NCBI GenBank assembly: GCA_950097015.1
Contig: CATNEN010000033.1
Span: 2,418,001-2,482,000, forward strand
DNA: 64,000 bases
Origin: Macrostomum hystrix
Lineage: Eukaryota > Animalia > Platyhelminthes
Direction: 5' to 3'
Shown: positions 1 to 11,854 of the stretch, in pieces
Position numbering within the stretch: position 1 is the stretch's first letter
How the letters are laid out: every line of letters begins with the position of its first letter
Made by a program: the position numbers and the translations under genes
The notes under the pieces: model-generated
What the model saw: the letters and a program-made list of their open reading frames with translations, nothing else
What the model was told of the DNA's origin: nothing
The model's database searches: none

Positions 1-190
1 AAGGAGGTGGTCTTTCCACAAGGAGGTGGTCTTTCCACAAGGAGGTGGTCTTTCCACAAGGAGGTGGTCTTTCCACAAGGAGGTGATCTTTCCACAAGGA
101 GGTGGGCTTTCCACAAGGAGGTGGTCTTTCTACAAGGAGGTGGTCTTTCCACAAGGAGGTGGTCTTTCCACAAGGAGGTGGTCTTTCTAC
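1..190. repeat. 19-bp minisatellite (AAGGAGGTGGTCTTTCCAC)n, about 10 copies, cut by the window edge
   Basis: Period of 19 read directly (units start at 1, 20, 39 and so on). Confidence 0.95.
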
Positions 191-439
191 AATCCGCTCG
201 CCCTTACGTGTCCTAATCTCAACTACTGTCATCTGTCTGCTTGAGATAATGTGAGCTATTTAACCTAGCAATTGCAGATCCCAAACTGACCTGATTACAG
301 GCACGAGCAGCTCAAACCTCCTCTGACTGTCTTTGTTGCTTTAGTTGCCTTTGCCAAATCACAGAGTTGACATCATCAAATAAGGTTCCCATTATGTGTA
401 TGTGCTCAACTGCATGTGCTCAAACTGTTATTGAAACCT

Positions 440-1437
440 TCCTGTCTCATATATCTCACCGATCTCATCTGTCTCATCTATCTCAATCTGTCTCATCTAT
501 CTCATCTGTCTCATCTGTCTCATATATCTAATCTGTCTCATCTGTCTCATCGGTCTCACGTGTCTCATCTATCTAAATCTGTCTCATCTATCTCATTTGT
601 CTCATCTATCTGAATCTGTCCCATCTATCTCAATCTGTCTCATCTATTTTACCTTTCTCATCTGTCTCATTTGTGTCATTAATCTCATCTGTCTCGTCTG
701 TCTCATCTGTCTCATCTATCTCATCTGCGTCATCTATCTCATCTATCTCATCTGCGTCATCTATCTCATCTATCTCATCTGCGTCATCTATCTCATCTAT
801 CTCATCTGCGTCATCTATCTCATCTATCTCATCTGTCTCATCTATCTCATCTATCTCATCTATCCCATCTGTATCATCTGTGTCATGTATCTCATCTGTC
901 TCATCTGTCTCATCTATCTCATCTGTGTCATCTATCTCATCTGTGTCATCTATCTCATCTATCTCATATGTCTCATCTATCTCATATGTCTCATCTATCT
1001 CATCTATCTCATCTATCTCATCTGTCTCATCTATCTCATCTATCTCATCTATCGCATCTGTCTCATCTGTCACATCTGTGTCATCTATCTCATCTGTCTC
1101 ATCTATATCATCTATATCATCTATCTTATCTATCTCATCTATCTTATCTATCTCATCTGTCTCATCTGTCTCATCTGTGTCATCTATCTCATCTATCTCA
1201 TCTGTCTCATCTATCTCATCAATCTCATTAATCTCATCTGTCTCATCAGTCTCATCTGTCTCATTTGTCTCATATATCTAATCTGTCTCATATATCTCAT
1301 CTATCTCATCTGTCTCATCTATATCATCTATATCATCTATCTTATCTATCTCATCTGTCTCATCTATCTCATCTGTCTCATCTAACTCATCTATCTCATC
1401 TATCTCATCTATCTCATCTATCTCATATGTCTCATTT
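440..1437. repeat. 9-bp low-complexity satellite (TCTATCTCA / TCTGTCTCA)n
   Basis: Repeated 9-mers; they generate the spurious LICLIY, SHL and DEI ORFs. Confidence 0.95.
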
Positions 1438-1924
1438 GTCTCAAGTATGTCAGTAGCATTCCAAAAATGCAGTGTGTGAGTTAACTGACAGGCAATTTTC
1501 AAATTGAGGCAGCCAGCCTTCTATCAATGCTTATTATCTGACCTAAAGTTAGCTGCAAGTTTATTACACTGCACATAACCCAATCAAATTGGCGACAGGC
1601 AAGCTGAATAAAATTAATCAATGGCCACTTCACTGCTGCTCACAATGTCGTCGCATGATTGAATACGGAGGAGGAAATCTGCTCACTTCCACCCCACTCT
1701 CTCGGTCTTGGTCGTCAACTTTTGCTTCCTTGGCTGAAAAAAGCTTCTCTTCTACTAAATTCTTCGTCGACATGAGTTGTGGTCGGCCTAGTCAACGCGA
1801 CCGTTAAATGAGGTCACGAAGTTTCTCATGCGCTTGTCACAATCGAGTCTCACCCAGTCTCACAGACGACTTTGTGTCTAATCACTTTCTACTTTTCAAT
1901 GCCGTCGATGTGCGCACCAGTCTC

Positions 1925-2110
1925 TTCATGACTTACCCTGTCTCTCACCTGTCTCTTTCGTGTGTCTCACCTGTCTCTTTCCTGTCTCTCACCTGTCTCT
2001 TTCGAGTCTCTTTCGTGTCTCTCACCTGTCTCTCACCTGTCTCTTTCGCGTCTCTTTCGTGTCTCTCACCTGTCTCTTTCGCATCTCTTTCGTGTCTCTC
2101 ACCTGTCTCT
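1925..2110. repeat. Degenerate pyrimidine-rich repeat (TCTCACCTGTCTCTTTCG-like)
   Basis: Repeated CTCACCTGTCTCT and TTTCGTGTCT blocks. Confidence 0.8.
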
Positions 2111-2965
2111 GGTCTGTTTCTCAACTGTCTGTTTCCTGTTTATTTCCTATCTGCCATTTGTCTCTCACCTCACTAATATTTCCTGTCTTCTAAGTGTCAC
2201 TTTCCTGCTGACATGAGTGCCTCATTTACACTGAATGCAATTTTCATACCGAGACCTCTCTTTTCACCGTGCCACGCAGAGCAAATTTGAAATGATTTTC
2301 TGAGATCTGAGATCTAATGCTGATCAGGGATGTTAGCTTAGATCGAGCTTCATGGAGAGCCCTTACCTGTCCCACTGCCTTTCCTCTCTCCACTGTTTTT
2401 TATCTCCCCTCCCTCTGTCGCAATTAAATTCGTGCGCTTCTGTACCGATTATCGAGCCGCTGCCCCTTATCTCCTTTATCTTGCCTTCTTTTTTGATCTT
2501 TGAATCGTTAGTTGTTGGTGCGCGATTTCCTCGCCAGAGCAGCACACGAGGTCCAGGGTTCGAATTTGCTCAGGTTAGTTATTAATCCGTATAGATAGGC
2601 GTACATCCTATTGGCAGTCACGTGACATCGCCCTGTGCCTGTCAGTCAGTCCAGACGGGACGCCCCAAGAGCTTAGAAAACAAAGAAAAAAAATGAAATT
2701 CGGTTTTTCTTTTAGATCGGATTATCAATTTCATTTCCTGGAATGAAAATAAAAACGGTCTAAAAACTGCAGGCAGCGGCGTCATGCGACATTTCCTTAA
2801 ATAGTAGAAACAAGCACGCAGGCAACGTGGAGAAATGATCATTAAAGTTAACATTTAGCTTAGTCCAGATAAGTGAAAATTTGTGCTTTTTCAGATAAAA
2901 AAAGCGAACTGCTTTCAAGCAAAGATTGCAGGAAGAAAAATGAAACAAGAAAAAAAGATGGAAGT

Positions 2966-3086
2966 TTATTTGGCCACTCGCGGCAGCTGGCTGTAGCTCG
3001 GCGGTCTTGGACCATCTGAGTCGGCTCCGAATGCATGATTCTGCTGCTGCTGCTGCAGTATCATGATAGGAGTCCCCGAGACATCC
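2966..3086 (-). CDS. Cadherin-like gene exon 12 (terminal; DVSGTPIMILQQQQQ...RPPSYSQLPRVAK*)
   Basis: Acceptor tttcag; phase 2 matches the upstream exon; TAA at 2966-2968; contains a PPxY motif. Confidence 0.7.
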
Positions 3087-3180
3087 CTGAAATGTACGGA
3101 TTAGAAAAATCTTAGACAGATACAACACTACACAGGTAGTCTGCCTAGGTAAAAGTACAATGTCCCAATCGACAGCTCAC

Positions 3181-3219
3181 CGGTCATCGAAATAGAACTC
3201 GGCGTAGTGAATTCGCGAG
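3181..3219 (-). CDS. Cadherin-like gene exon 11, 39-nt micro-exon (SRIHYAEFYFDD)
   Basis: Acceptor ccttgctttcag and donor ccg|gtgagc; symmetric phase 2/2; open reading frame. Confidence 0.6.
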
Positions 3220-3340
3220 CTGAAAGCAAGGCAGGGATGTTCAGAGCGTTGGGGCAACTATCGATTCTAAGCAGCCATTGATCAGCCTGAGAGCAAAATC
3301 TGGATTAGATTACATGGCACATACGACTGCGTCTGCCAGT

Positions 3341-6300
3341 GTGTGAGTTTGTGAGTGTGTGTGAGTGTGTGAGTGTGTGTGAGTGAGTGTGAGTGAGTGT
3401 GAGTGTATGTGAGTGAGTGAGTGAGTGTGTGAGTGAGTGTGAGTGAGTGTGAGTGAGTGTGAGTGTGTGTGAGTGAGTGTGTGAGTGAGTGAGTGTGTGA
3501 GTGTCTGAGTGAGTGTCAGTGAGTGTGAGTGAGTGTGAGTGAGTGTGAGTGAGTGTGAGTGAGTGTGAGTGTGTGAGTGAGTGAGTGTGTGTGTGAGTGT
3601 GTGTGAGTGTGTGTGAGTGTGTGAGTGTGTGAGTGTGTGAGTGAGTGTGAGTGAGTGTGAGTGAAGGTGAGTGTGTGTGAGTGAGTGAGTGAGTGTGTGA
3701 GTGAGTGTGAGTGAGTGTGAGTGAGTGTGAGTGAGTGTGAGTGTGAGTGTGTGTGAGTGAGTGAGTGAGTGTGTGAGTCAGTGTGTGAGTGAGTGAGTGT
3801 GTGAGTGTGTGAGTGAGTGTGAGTGAGTGTGAGTGAGTGTGAGTGTGTGTGAGTGTATGTGAGTGAGTGAGTGAGTGTGTGAGTGAGTGTGAGTGAGTGT
3901 GAGTGAGTGTGAGTGAGTGTGAGTGTGTGTGAGTGAGTGAGTTAGTGTGTGAGTGAGTGTGTGAGTGAGTGAGTGTGTGAGTGTCTGAGTGAGTGTGAGT
4001 GAGTGTGAGTGAGTGTGAGTGAGTGAGTGAATGTGTGAGTAAGTGTGTGAGTGAGTGAGTGTGAGTGAGTGTGAGTGAGTGTGAGTGAGTGTGAGTGTAT
4101 GTGAGTGAGTGAGTGAGTGAGTGAGTGAGTGACTGTGTGAGTGAGTGAGTGTGTGAGTGAGTGAGTGTGTGAGTGAGTGAGTGTGTGAGTGAGTGAGTGT
4201 GTGAGTGAGTGAGTGTGTGAGTGAGTGAGTGTGTGAGTGAGTGAGTGTGTGAGTGAGTGAGTGACTGTGTGAGTGAGTGTGAGTGAGTGTGAGTGAGTGA
4301 GTGAGTGTGTGAGTGTGTAAGTGAGTGTGAGTGAGTGAGTGAGTGTGTGAGTGAGTGAGTGTGTGAGTGAGTGAGTGTGTGAGTGAGTGAGTGTGTGAGT
4401 GAGTGAGTGTGTGAGTGAGTGAGTGTGTGAGTGAGTGAGTGTGTGAGTGAGTGAGTGTGTGAGTGTGTGAGTGAGTGAGTGTGTGAGTGAGTGTGTGAGT
4501 GAGTGAGTGTGTGAGTGTGTGAGTGAGTGTGAGTGAGTGTGAGTGTGAGTGTGTGTGAGTGAGTGAGTGAGTGTGTGAGTCAGTGTGTGAGTGAGTGTGA
4601 GTGAGTGTGTGAGTGAGTGTGAGTGAGTGTGAGTGAGTGAGTGAGTGTGTGAGTGAGTGTGAGTGAGTGTGAGTGAGTGTGAGTGTGTGTGAATGACGGA
4701 GTTAGTGTGTGAGTGAGTGTGTGAGTGAGTGAGTGTGTGAGTGTGTGAGTGAGTGTGAGTGTGTGAGTGAGTGAGTGTGTGAGTGAGTGTGAGTGAGTGT
4801 GAGTGAGTGTGAGTGAAGGTGAGTGTGTGTGAGTGTCTGAGTGAGTGTGAGTGAGTGTGAGTGAGTGTGTGTGTGAGTGAGTGTGAGTGAGTGTGAGTGA
4901 GTGAGTGTGTGTGTGAGTGTGAGTGAGTGTGTGTGAGTGTGTGAGTGTGTGAGTGTGTGAGTGAGTGTGAGTGAGTGTGAGTGAAGGTGAGTGTGTGTGA
5001 GTGAGTGAGTGAGTGTGTAAGTGTGTGAGTGAGTGTGAGTGAGTGTGAGTGTGAGTTTGTGTGAGTGAGTGAGTGAGTGTGTGAGTCAGTGTGTGAGTGA
5101 GTGAGTGTGTGAGTGTGTGAGTGAGTGTGAGTGAGTGTGAGTGAGTGTGAGTGTATGTGAGTGAGTGAGTGAGTGTGTGAGTGAGTGTGAGCTTGTGTGA
5201 GTGAGTGTGAGTGAGTGTGAGTGTGAGTGTGTGTGAGTGAGTGAGTGAGTGTGAGTGAGTGTGAGTGAGTGTGAGTGAGTGAGTGTGTGAGTGAGTGTGA
5301 GTGTGTGTGAGTGAGTGAGTGAGTGTGTGAGTGAGAGAGTGTGTGAGTGAGTGAGTGATTGTGTGAGTGTGTGTGTGAGTGTGTGTGCGTGTGAGTGTGT
5401 GTGAGTGTGTGTGAGTGTGTGAGTGAGTGTGTGAGTGAGTGAGTGAGTGTGTGAGTGTGTGAGTGAGGGAGTAAGTGTGTGTGAGTGAGTGAGTGTGTGA
5501 GTGAGTGAGTGAGTGTGTGAGTGTGTGTGTGAGTGTGAGTGAGTGTGAGTGAGTGTGAGTGTGTGTGAGTGAGTGAGTGAGTCTGTGAGTGAGTGAGTGT
5601 GTAAGTGTGTGAGTGAGTGTGAGTGAGTGTGAGTGTGAGTTTGTGTGAGTGAGTGAGTGAGTGTGTGAGTCAGTTTGTGAGTGAGTGAGTGTGTGAGTGT
5701 GTGAGTGAGTGTGAGTGAGTGTGAGTGAGTGTGAGTGTATGTGAGTGAGTGAGTGAGTGTGTGAGTGAGTGTGAGCTTGTGTGAGTGAGTGTGAGTGTGA
5801 GTGTGTGTGAGTGAGTGAGTGAGTGTGAGTGAGTGTGAGTGAGTGTGAGTGAGTGAGTGTGTGTGTGAGTGTGAGTGAGTGTGTGTGAGTGTGTGTGTGT
5901 GTGAGTGTGTGAGTGAGTGTGAGTGTGTGTGAGTGAGTGAGTGAGTGTGTGAGTGAGAGAGTGTGTGAGTGAGTGAGTGAGTGTGTGAGTGTGTGTGTGA
6001 GTGTGTGTGCGTGTGAGTGTGTGTGAGTGTGTGTGAGTGTGTGAGTGAGTGTGTGAGTGAGTGAGTGAGTGTGTGAGTGTGTGAGTGAGTGAGTAAGTGT
6101 GTGTGAGTGAGTGAGTGTGTGAGTGAGTGAGTGAGTGTGTGAGTGTGTGTGTGAGTGTGAGTGAGTGTGAGTGAGTGTGAGTGTGTGTGAGTGAGTGAGT
6201 GAGTGTGAGTGTGAGTGTGTGTGTGTGAGTGTGTGTGAGTGTGTGTGAGTGTGTGAGTGTGTGAGTGAGTGAGTGTGTGAGTGAGTGAGTGTGTGAGTGA

Positions 6301-6448
6301 GTGAGTATGTGTGCGTGTGTGAGTGTGTGTGAGTGTGTGAGTGTGTGAGTGAGTGAGTGTGTGAGTGAGTGAGTGTGTGAGTGAGTGAGTATGTGTGCGT
6401 GTGTGAGTGAGTGAGTGTGTGAGTGTGTGAGTGTGAGTGAGTGAGTGA
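3341..6448. repeat. 3.1-kb compound (GTGA)/(GT) microsatellite in cadherin intron 10
   Basis: Almost purely GTGA and GT units; the His/Thr/Ser/Leu ORFs over it are artefacts. Confidence 0.98.
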
Positions 6449-6709
6449 GGGCGGACAGCATGGTGCACAGAAAGTCCAGTTTTTTGCTTAAAAAGTCTGG
6501 ACTAGCCCTTCATAAAAGTAATTCTAAATACTTCTCGGTGAGTGCTACGCAAACAGAAATGGGATGCTTTTTCTTAAAAGTACATCGCAGTGAGGGCTTT
6601 GGAAAAGATACTGCCTTTAAGTGGAAAATGCTTTGAGCTGCATAAAAACTGGAGAATTCTAGTTGATATTGATATTCATACAGCCTTCTATTTGGAGATT
6701 TAGAGTTAC

Positions 6710-7138
6710 ACAATGACATGCGGGTCACAATGGCATGCGGGTCACAATGGCATGCGGGTCACAATGGCATGCGGGTCACAATGGCATGCGGGTCACAATG
6801 GCATGCGGGTCACAATGGCATGCGGGTCACAATGGCATGCGTGTCACAATGGCATGCTGGTCACAATGGCATGCTGGTCACAATGGCATGCGGGTCACAA
6901 TGGCATGCGGGTCACAATGGCATGCGGGTCACAATGGCATGCGGGTCACAATGGCACGTGGGTCACAATGGCATGCTGGTCACAATGGCATGCGGGTCAC
7001 AATGGCATGCGGGTCACAATGGCATGCGGGTCACAATGGCATGCGGGTCACAATGGCATGCGGGTCACAATGGCATGCGGGTCACAATGGCATGCGGGTC
7101 ACAATGGCATGCGGGTCACAATGGCACGTGGGTCACAA
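6710..7138. repeat. 17-bp minisatellite (ATGGCATGCGGGTCACA)n, about 25 copies
   Basis: Period of 17; the array ends about 30 nt from the exon 10 donor. Confidence 0.95.
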
Positions 7139-7167
7139 GCAATTCGGGTCAGAATGGCGTCACTGAC

Positions 7168-7685
7168 CTGTTGCGGCTCGCAGCCACCTTGTGACCACGA
7201 CTGCTTCCGCCTTCGCCGCGACCTCCGCGGCCTCCGGCGTGGCGGCCTCCGTTGCTTCCCGAGACGGCGCCGCCGCCTGCGCTAACGACGTCGCCAGGAC
7301 TGACGACAGCGCTGCCTGCTGGCCGACGCTTCCAGAAGCAGAAGATGGCTACCAGGGCCGCGGCTAGCAGGAGGGCCATCAGTGCGCACAGGGCAATCAG
7401 GGCGGTCTCGAGAGTCGATCCGCTTGACGATGTCGAGGTCAAGCCACCGTTTGGTGACGTTATCGATGTAGCTGCCATTGACGTCATCAAAGAGGAGGTC
7501 GACGATGATGTCGACGATGAGGTCGACGATGAGGTCGACGATGAGGTCGACGATGAGATCGACGATGAGGTCGACGCTGTGGACGTGGCGGCTTCCGCTG
7601 ACGTTGTCGATGATGTGAACTGCGCCAGAGTGGATTGGTTAAAGCGGAGAGAGCGACCTCTGGAGTCAAAGACCGTCGTTTGCAC
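7168..7685 (-). CDS. Cadherin-like gene exon 10: Ser/Thr-rich stalk, transmembrane helix and start of the cytoplasmic tail
   Basis: Acceptor ctgcgcag|GTG; TM segment LIALCALMALLLAAALVAIFCFW followed by KRR; donor aacag|gtcagt; 518 nt, phase 0 to 2. Confidence 0.85.
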
Positions 7686-7723
7686 CTGCGCAGGTGTTCA
7701 GGAGAGTATCAGTTTAAAAAGAA

Positions 7724-7724
<1 letters not shown>

Positions 7725-7759
<35 letters not shown>

Positions 7760-7878
7760 CAGACAGACAGACTGACAGACAGACAGGCAGACAAACCAGA
7801 CAGACAGACTGACAGACAGACAGACAGACAGACAGGAAAACCAGACAGACAGACTGACAGACAGACAGGCAGACAGAC
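7725..7878. repeat. (GACA)n microsatellite filling most of cadherin intron 9
   Basis: GACA/AGAC repeats; the donor GT is the first GTCT unit on the minus strand. Confidence 0.9.
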
Positions 7879-8418
7879 CTCTAGAATGAGATGCGTATGA
7901 TTGAGCTGACGGGCAGCCAGCACCAGAGTGGAGGAATTCCATAAAGCTGCTGCGGCGGCCACGGTGGCGGCTGTTGCCGCGGTAGTCGAGCTGCCAGCAG
8001 GAGTCGTGGTCTCGGCAGTCAGCGCCAGCGTCACAGCGACAGTTGAGCGCAGCCTCAGCGAGGTCGGCACTGCCCGATCTTCGGCGACGACCAAGAGGAG
8101 AATCGACGATGCGAAACTCGTCAACGGCGTCGCCACAGTCAGGGAGCCGTTCCCGGTGTCTAGACGGAAGTAGACCGAGCTTCCAGTCGGCGATGCGAAC
8201 GTCAGGCTGTAGGCGACGACGGCATTCAAGCTGACGTCAGCATCGGTGGCGGACACGACTCCCACGGCAGATCCGACAGTGGCGCCAGAGGACACAGTGA
8301 AGGTGTAGGCCGATTCGCTGAAGACGGGAGCATTATCATTGACATCCGTCAGCACCACAGTCAGCTGGGAGGCTGTCGAGGCATAGCGTTCTGCTGTCAG
8401 CGACTCCTCGGCCCAGAC
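7879..8418 (-). CDS. Cadherin-like gene exon 9 (end of EC4 and EC5)
   Basis: DVNDNAPVF and ATDAD Ca-binding motifs; acceptor caacgcag; 540 nt, phase 0/0. Confidence 0.9.
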
Positions 8419-8509
8419 CTGCGTTGAGGAGTCGAGTTAAGCGCGCATTAACGGTAGGAAGGCCAAGCTATTACCTGGAAATTCAACTTCAAAAAACTGA
8501 CGCACTCAC

Positions 8510-8644
8510 AGCCATAATAAACTGGCTGACCGTCTCCCTGTCCAGCAGATTCGAGTTCGCGACCCGGACAACTCCAGTGGTGGCGTCGATCAGAAAGGTC
8601 CCGCTGGGATCCGACAGCTTGTAAATTACTGTGGCGTTCGATCC
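8510..8644 (-). CDS. Cadherin-like gene exon 8 (EC4; GSNATVIY...LLDRE)
   Basis: LDRE motif; cttcag acceptor and gtgagt donor; 135 nt. Confidence 0.9.
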
Positions 8645-8668
8645 CTGAAGCAGGTGGCGATGGCACCT

Positions 8669-9608
8669 TGAGCACCTTGATGCACACTCATTTACAGTCT
8701 GATGCACACTCATTCACAATTTGGTGCACACTCATTCACAATCTGATGCACACACTCATTCACAATTTGGTGCACACTCATTTACAATCTGATGCACACA
8801 CTCATTCCCAATTTGATGCACACACTCATTCACAATCTGATGCACACACTCATTCACAATCTGATGCACACACTCATTTACAATCTGATGCACACTCATT
8901 CACAATTTGGTGCACACTCATTTACAATCTGATGCACACTCATTTACAATCTGATGCACACTCATTTACAATCTGATGCACACACTCATTCACAATCTGA
9001 TGCACACTCATTCACAATCTGATGCACACACTCATTCACAATCTGATGCACACACTCATTCACAATCTGATGCACACTCATTCACAATTTGGTGCACACT
9101 CATTTACAATCTGATGCACACACTCATTCACAATCTGATGCACACTCATTTACAATCTGATGCACACACTCATTCACAATCTGATGCACACTCATTCACA
9201 ATCTGATGCACACACTCATTCACAATCTGATGCACACACTCATTCACAATCTGATGCACACACTCATTTACAATCTGATGCACACACTCATTTACAATCT
9301 GATGCACACACTCATTCACAATCTGATGCACACACTCATTCACAATCTGATGCACACACTCATTCACAATCTGATGCACACACTCATTCACAATCTGATG
9401 CACACACTCATTCACAATCTGATGCACACACTCATTCACAATCGGATGCACACTCATTCACAATCTGATGCACACACTCATTCACAATCTGATGCACACA
9501 CTCATTCACAATCTGATGCACACTCATTCACAATCTGATGCACACTCATTCACAATCTGATGCACACTCATTCACAATCTGATGCACACTCATTCACAAT
9601 CAGATGCA
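8669..9608. repeat. 24/22-bp minisatellite (ATCTGATGCACACACTCATTCACA)n in cadherin intron 7
   Basis: Period of 24, with 22-bp variants lacking one CA. Confidence 0.95.
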
Positions 9609-10114
9609 TCGTGAATAACAGTCATATTTTTTCGAAAGTCCTTTTTTAAGCGCTCTGAGCTACTTAATCCTTTGAGTCAGTATTTTTAGTGAGTGGTTCT
9701 GTTCAATAAAGCAATAAAACAATGATTGACTCTGCGCTGGCTGTGCTAGATAGTGCTAGATAGTTAGATCGTGTTTCAGGAGGCCTTAAGCTGAGATTGA
9801 TTTTCTCAAGCAAAATGACTTAATGAGTGTACTGATGCACGGGGATTTGCCAGGCCACTAGTGCCAGATTGGCATTGGGATTCTTATTAACAACCCTTAT
9901 TTCCTTCCTAAATCGCTGTTGATAAATAGGCCGTTTCTTCTGACCCAGTTTCCTGACAGGGTTTTTTCGATTTGGCTCTTTCGCAGATCAAGCCCCTTCT
10001 GGTATTACGTTCTCATCCTTAATACATGGTTACCTGGGATTAGAAAAAATCAAGAAAAATGTAAGTCAAGGCTGCGGATTAAAGGATTATCAACAATTTG
10101 AGGTCGTTGCTCAC

Positions 10115-10291
10115 ATAGTCGGCATCGCTGGCCGACACCTGGGCCACGAAACTTCCGTTTGGCGAGTTCTCAGGTAGGCTGGCCGAGTAGTTCCATGAGC
10201 TCATGACCGGCCTGTTGTCATTGCGGTCAGCCACTTGAACCGTCACGATAGCCACAGCCGTGCGGAGACTGGCTTTGTCGGTTTGGTACGC
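10115..10291 (-). CDS. Cadherin-like gene exon 7 (end of EC3, start of EC4)
   Basis: Manual translation AYQTDK...VADRNDNRP...LPENSPNG...ASDADY; ccag acceptor and gtgagc donor; 177 nt. Confidence 0.9.
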
Positions 10292-10364
10292 CTGGGTCCA
10301 TTGTTAGCAGGGCGGTTATACCCGATGGGACTCACTAATGCCGACCCACACTGACTGGCCTTGA

Positions 10365-10790
10365 CCCACGAACTCATCCGACCCACACTGACTGTCCTGG
10401 ACCCACAAACTCACCTGACCCACGAACTCACCTGATCCTCGAACTCACCTGACTCACGAACTCACCTGACCCACAAGCTCACCTGACCCACAAGCTCACC
10501 TGACCCTCGAACTCACCTGATCCTCGAACTCACCTGACTCACGAACTCACCTGACTCACGAACTCACCTGACCCACGAACTCACCTGACTCACGAACTCA
10601 CCTGACCCACGAACTCACCTGACTCACGAACTCACCTGACCCACGAACTCATCTGACCCACGAACTCACCTGAACCACGAACTCACCCTGACCCACGAAC
10701 TCACCCTGACCCACGCTGACTCTCCGTGACCCACAAGCTTACCCTGACCCACACTGGCTCTCCGTGACCCACAAACTCACCCTGACCCGC
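10365..10790. repeat. 17-bp minisatellite, minus-strand unit CAGGTGAGTTCGTGGGT, filling cadherin intron 6
   Basis: About 20 copies of CCTGACCCACGAACTCA on the plus strand, grading into the exon 6 donor. Confidence 0.9.
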
Positions 10791-10899
10791 AGCCATATGG
10801 GGTTCTCAGCCAGTGTTTCGCGGTCGAGCAGTCCAGTGAGTCTCAGTCGGCCTGTTGTGGCATTGATTTCCAGAAATGTCACATTGTTTATCGCATTTC
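10781..10899 (-). CDS. Cadherin-like gene exon 6 (EC3; ...GLLDRETL...)
   Basis: LDRE motif; aacag acceptor and agg|gtgagt donor; 119 nt, phase 1 to 0. Confidence 0.9.
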
Positions 10900-10976
10900 C
10901 TGTTTTTTGGAGATGACGCAAGGAATATGTTACATTGAGTAAACAGATTAGAAAGCGTAGCTTTAGGCATCAAGAG

Positions 10977-11135
10977 CTGCAACCGTGACTTGACATTTGA
11001 TACGAAGATTCGCAACCGTGATCTGCTTAGCAACCGTGATTTGACTTTGAATACCGATTTCATCTGCTTAGCAACTGTGACTTGACTTTGAATACCGATT
11101 TCGTCTGCTTAGCAACCGTGACTTGACCTTGGATA
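10977..11135. repeat. Degenerate roughly 46-bp tandem repeat (GCAACCGTGACTTGAC...TCTGCTTA), 3-4 copies
   Basis: Recurring GCAACCGTGA and TTTGAATACCGATTTC blocks in intron 5. Confidence 0.75.
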
Positions 11136-11374
11136 CGAACATTCGTATTAACCCCTTAGCAACAGGGACTGTCCCGTGAAATATAAAATACCAAAGGTTC
11201 CACTTCAAACATAAGACCCCATAACTTTCTCTGCTCTGCTGGATATGAAGCTTGACTCATTTCTTAGGAACTCTACCCACCGGTTGCCTCCCAGAGGAGC
11301 AGACAATAGAAGTACAAGCGAGTATTTGGAGTTGGCAAGAAATTCCATTCCCCACATCCATTGGGCCCGCTCAC

Positions 11375-11477
11375 CAGTATCGATGGCGTAGTTTATAGTC
11401 TGGTTGATCCCCAGGTCCAGATCCCTGGCTTCCAGGGCGGGCTGGGTGACCAAGTCGCGGCCCAGAAGGCTCGAATC
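11375..11477 (-). CDS. Cadherin-like gene exon 5 (EC3; EARDLDLGINQTINY)
   Basis: AxDxD motif; ctcag acceptor and g|gtgagc donor; 103 nt, phase 0 to 1. Confidence 0.9.
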
Positions 11478-11854
11478 CTGAGCAGGGGGAGGGGCTGATT
11501 TCGATTTATATTTCACTGAAGCAACCGAATGAGGAGCGATAAGGATTTCTGGCATAGGCGCGAGTCAGTTATGTAAAATTCATTCTACCGTCACAGTTCG
11601 CCTGACTGATTGCGAGGCTTGGGATAAAGCGGCTGCTGCGGCTTCTGCTTTGCAGCCAAATCTGACAGGACAGACAGCGGGGGAAGAGCGATCGCACTTT
11701 GCTGAAGAATTGCTCCGCGTCAAAATGCTTAATGGGACGGCGAGACGGAGAGTAGACAAGCAAAATCCCATGCCGGATTGGGGCAGTGAAAGAATTAAAT
11801 TAAAGCAGAGGGCTGGAAAGAGGAACAAATTTTCCTGGGGAAAAAATCGCTCAC

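Noticed and set aside
597-1502. LICLIY, SHL and DEI repeat ORFs
   Set aside because: 9-bp satellite artefacts.
3341-6448. Telomeric repeat or chromosome end
   Set aside because: No TTAGGG-type unit, and it is flanked on both sides by exons of one gene.
5086-6468. His/Thr-rich 460-aa and 263-aa ORFs
   Set aside because: Read-through of the GTGA microsatellite within a cadherin intron.
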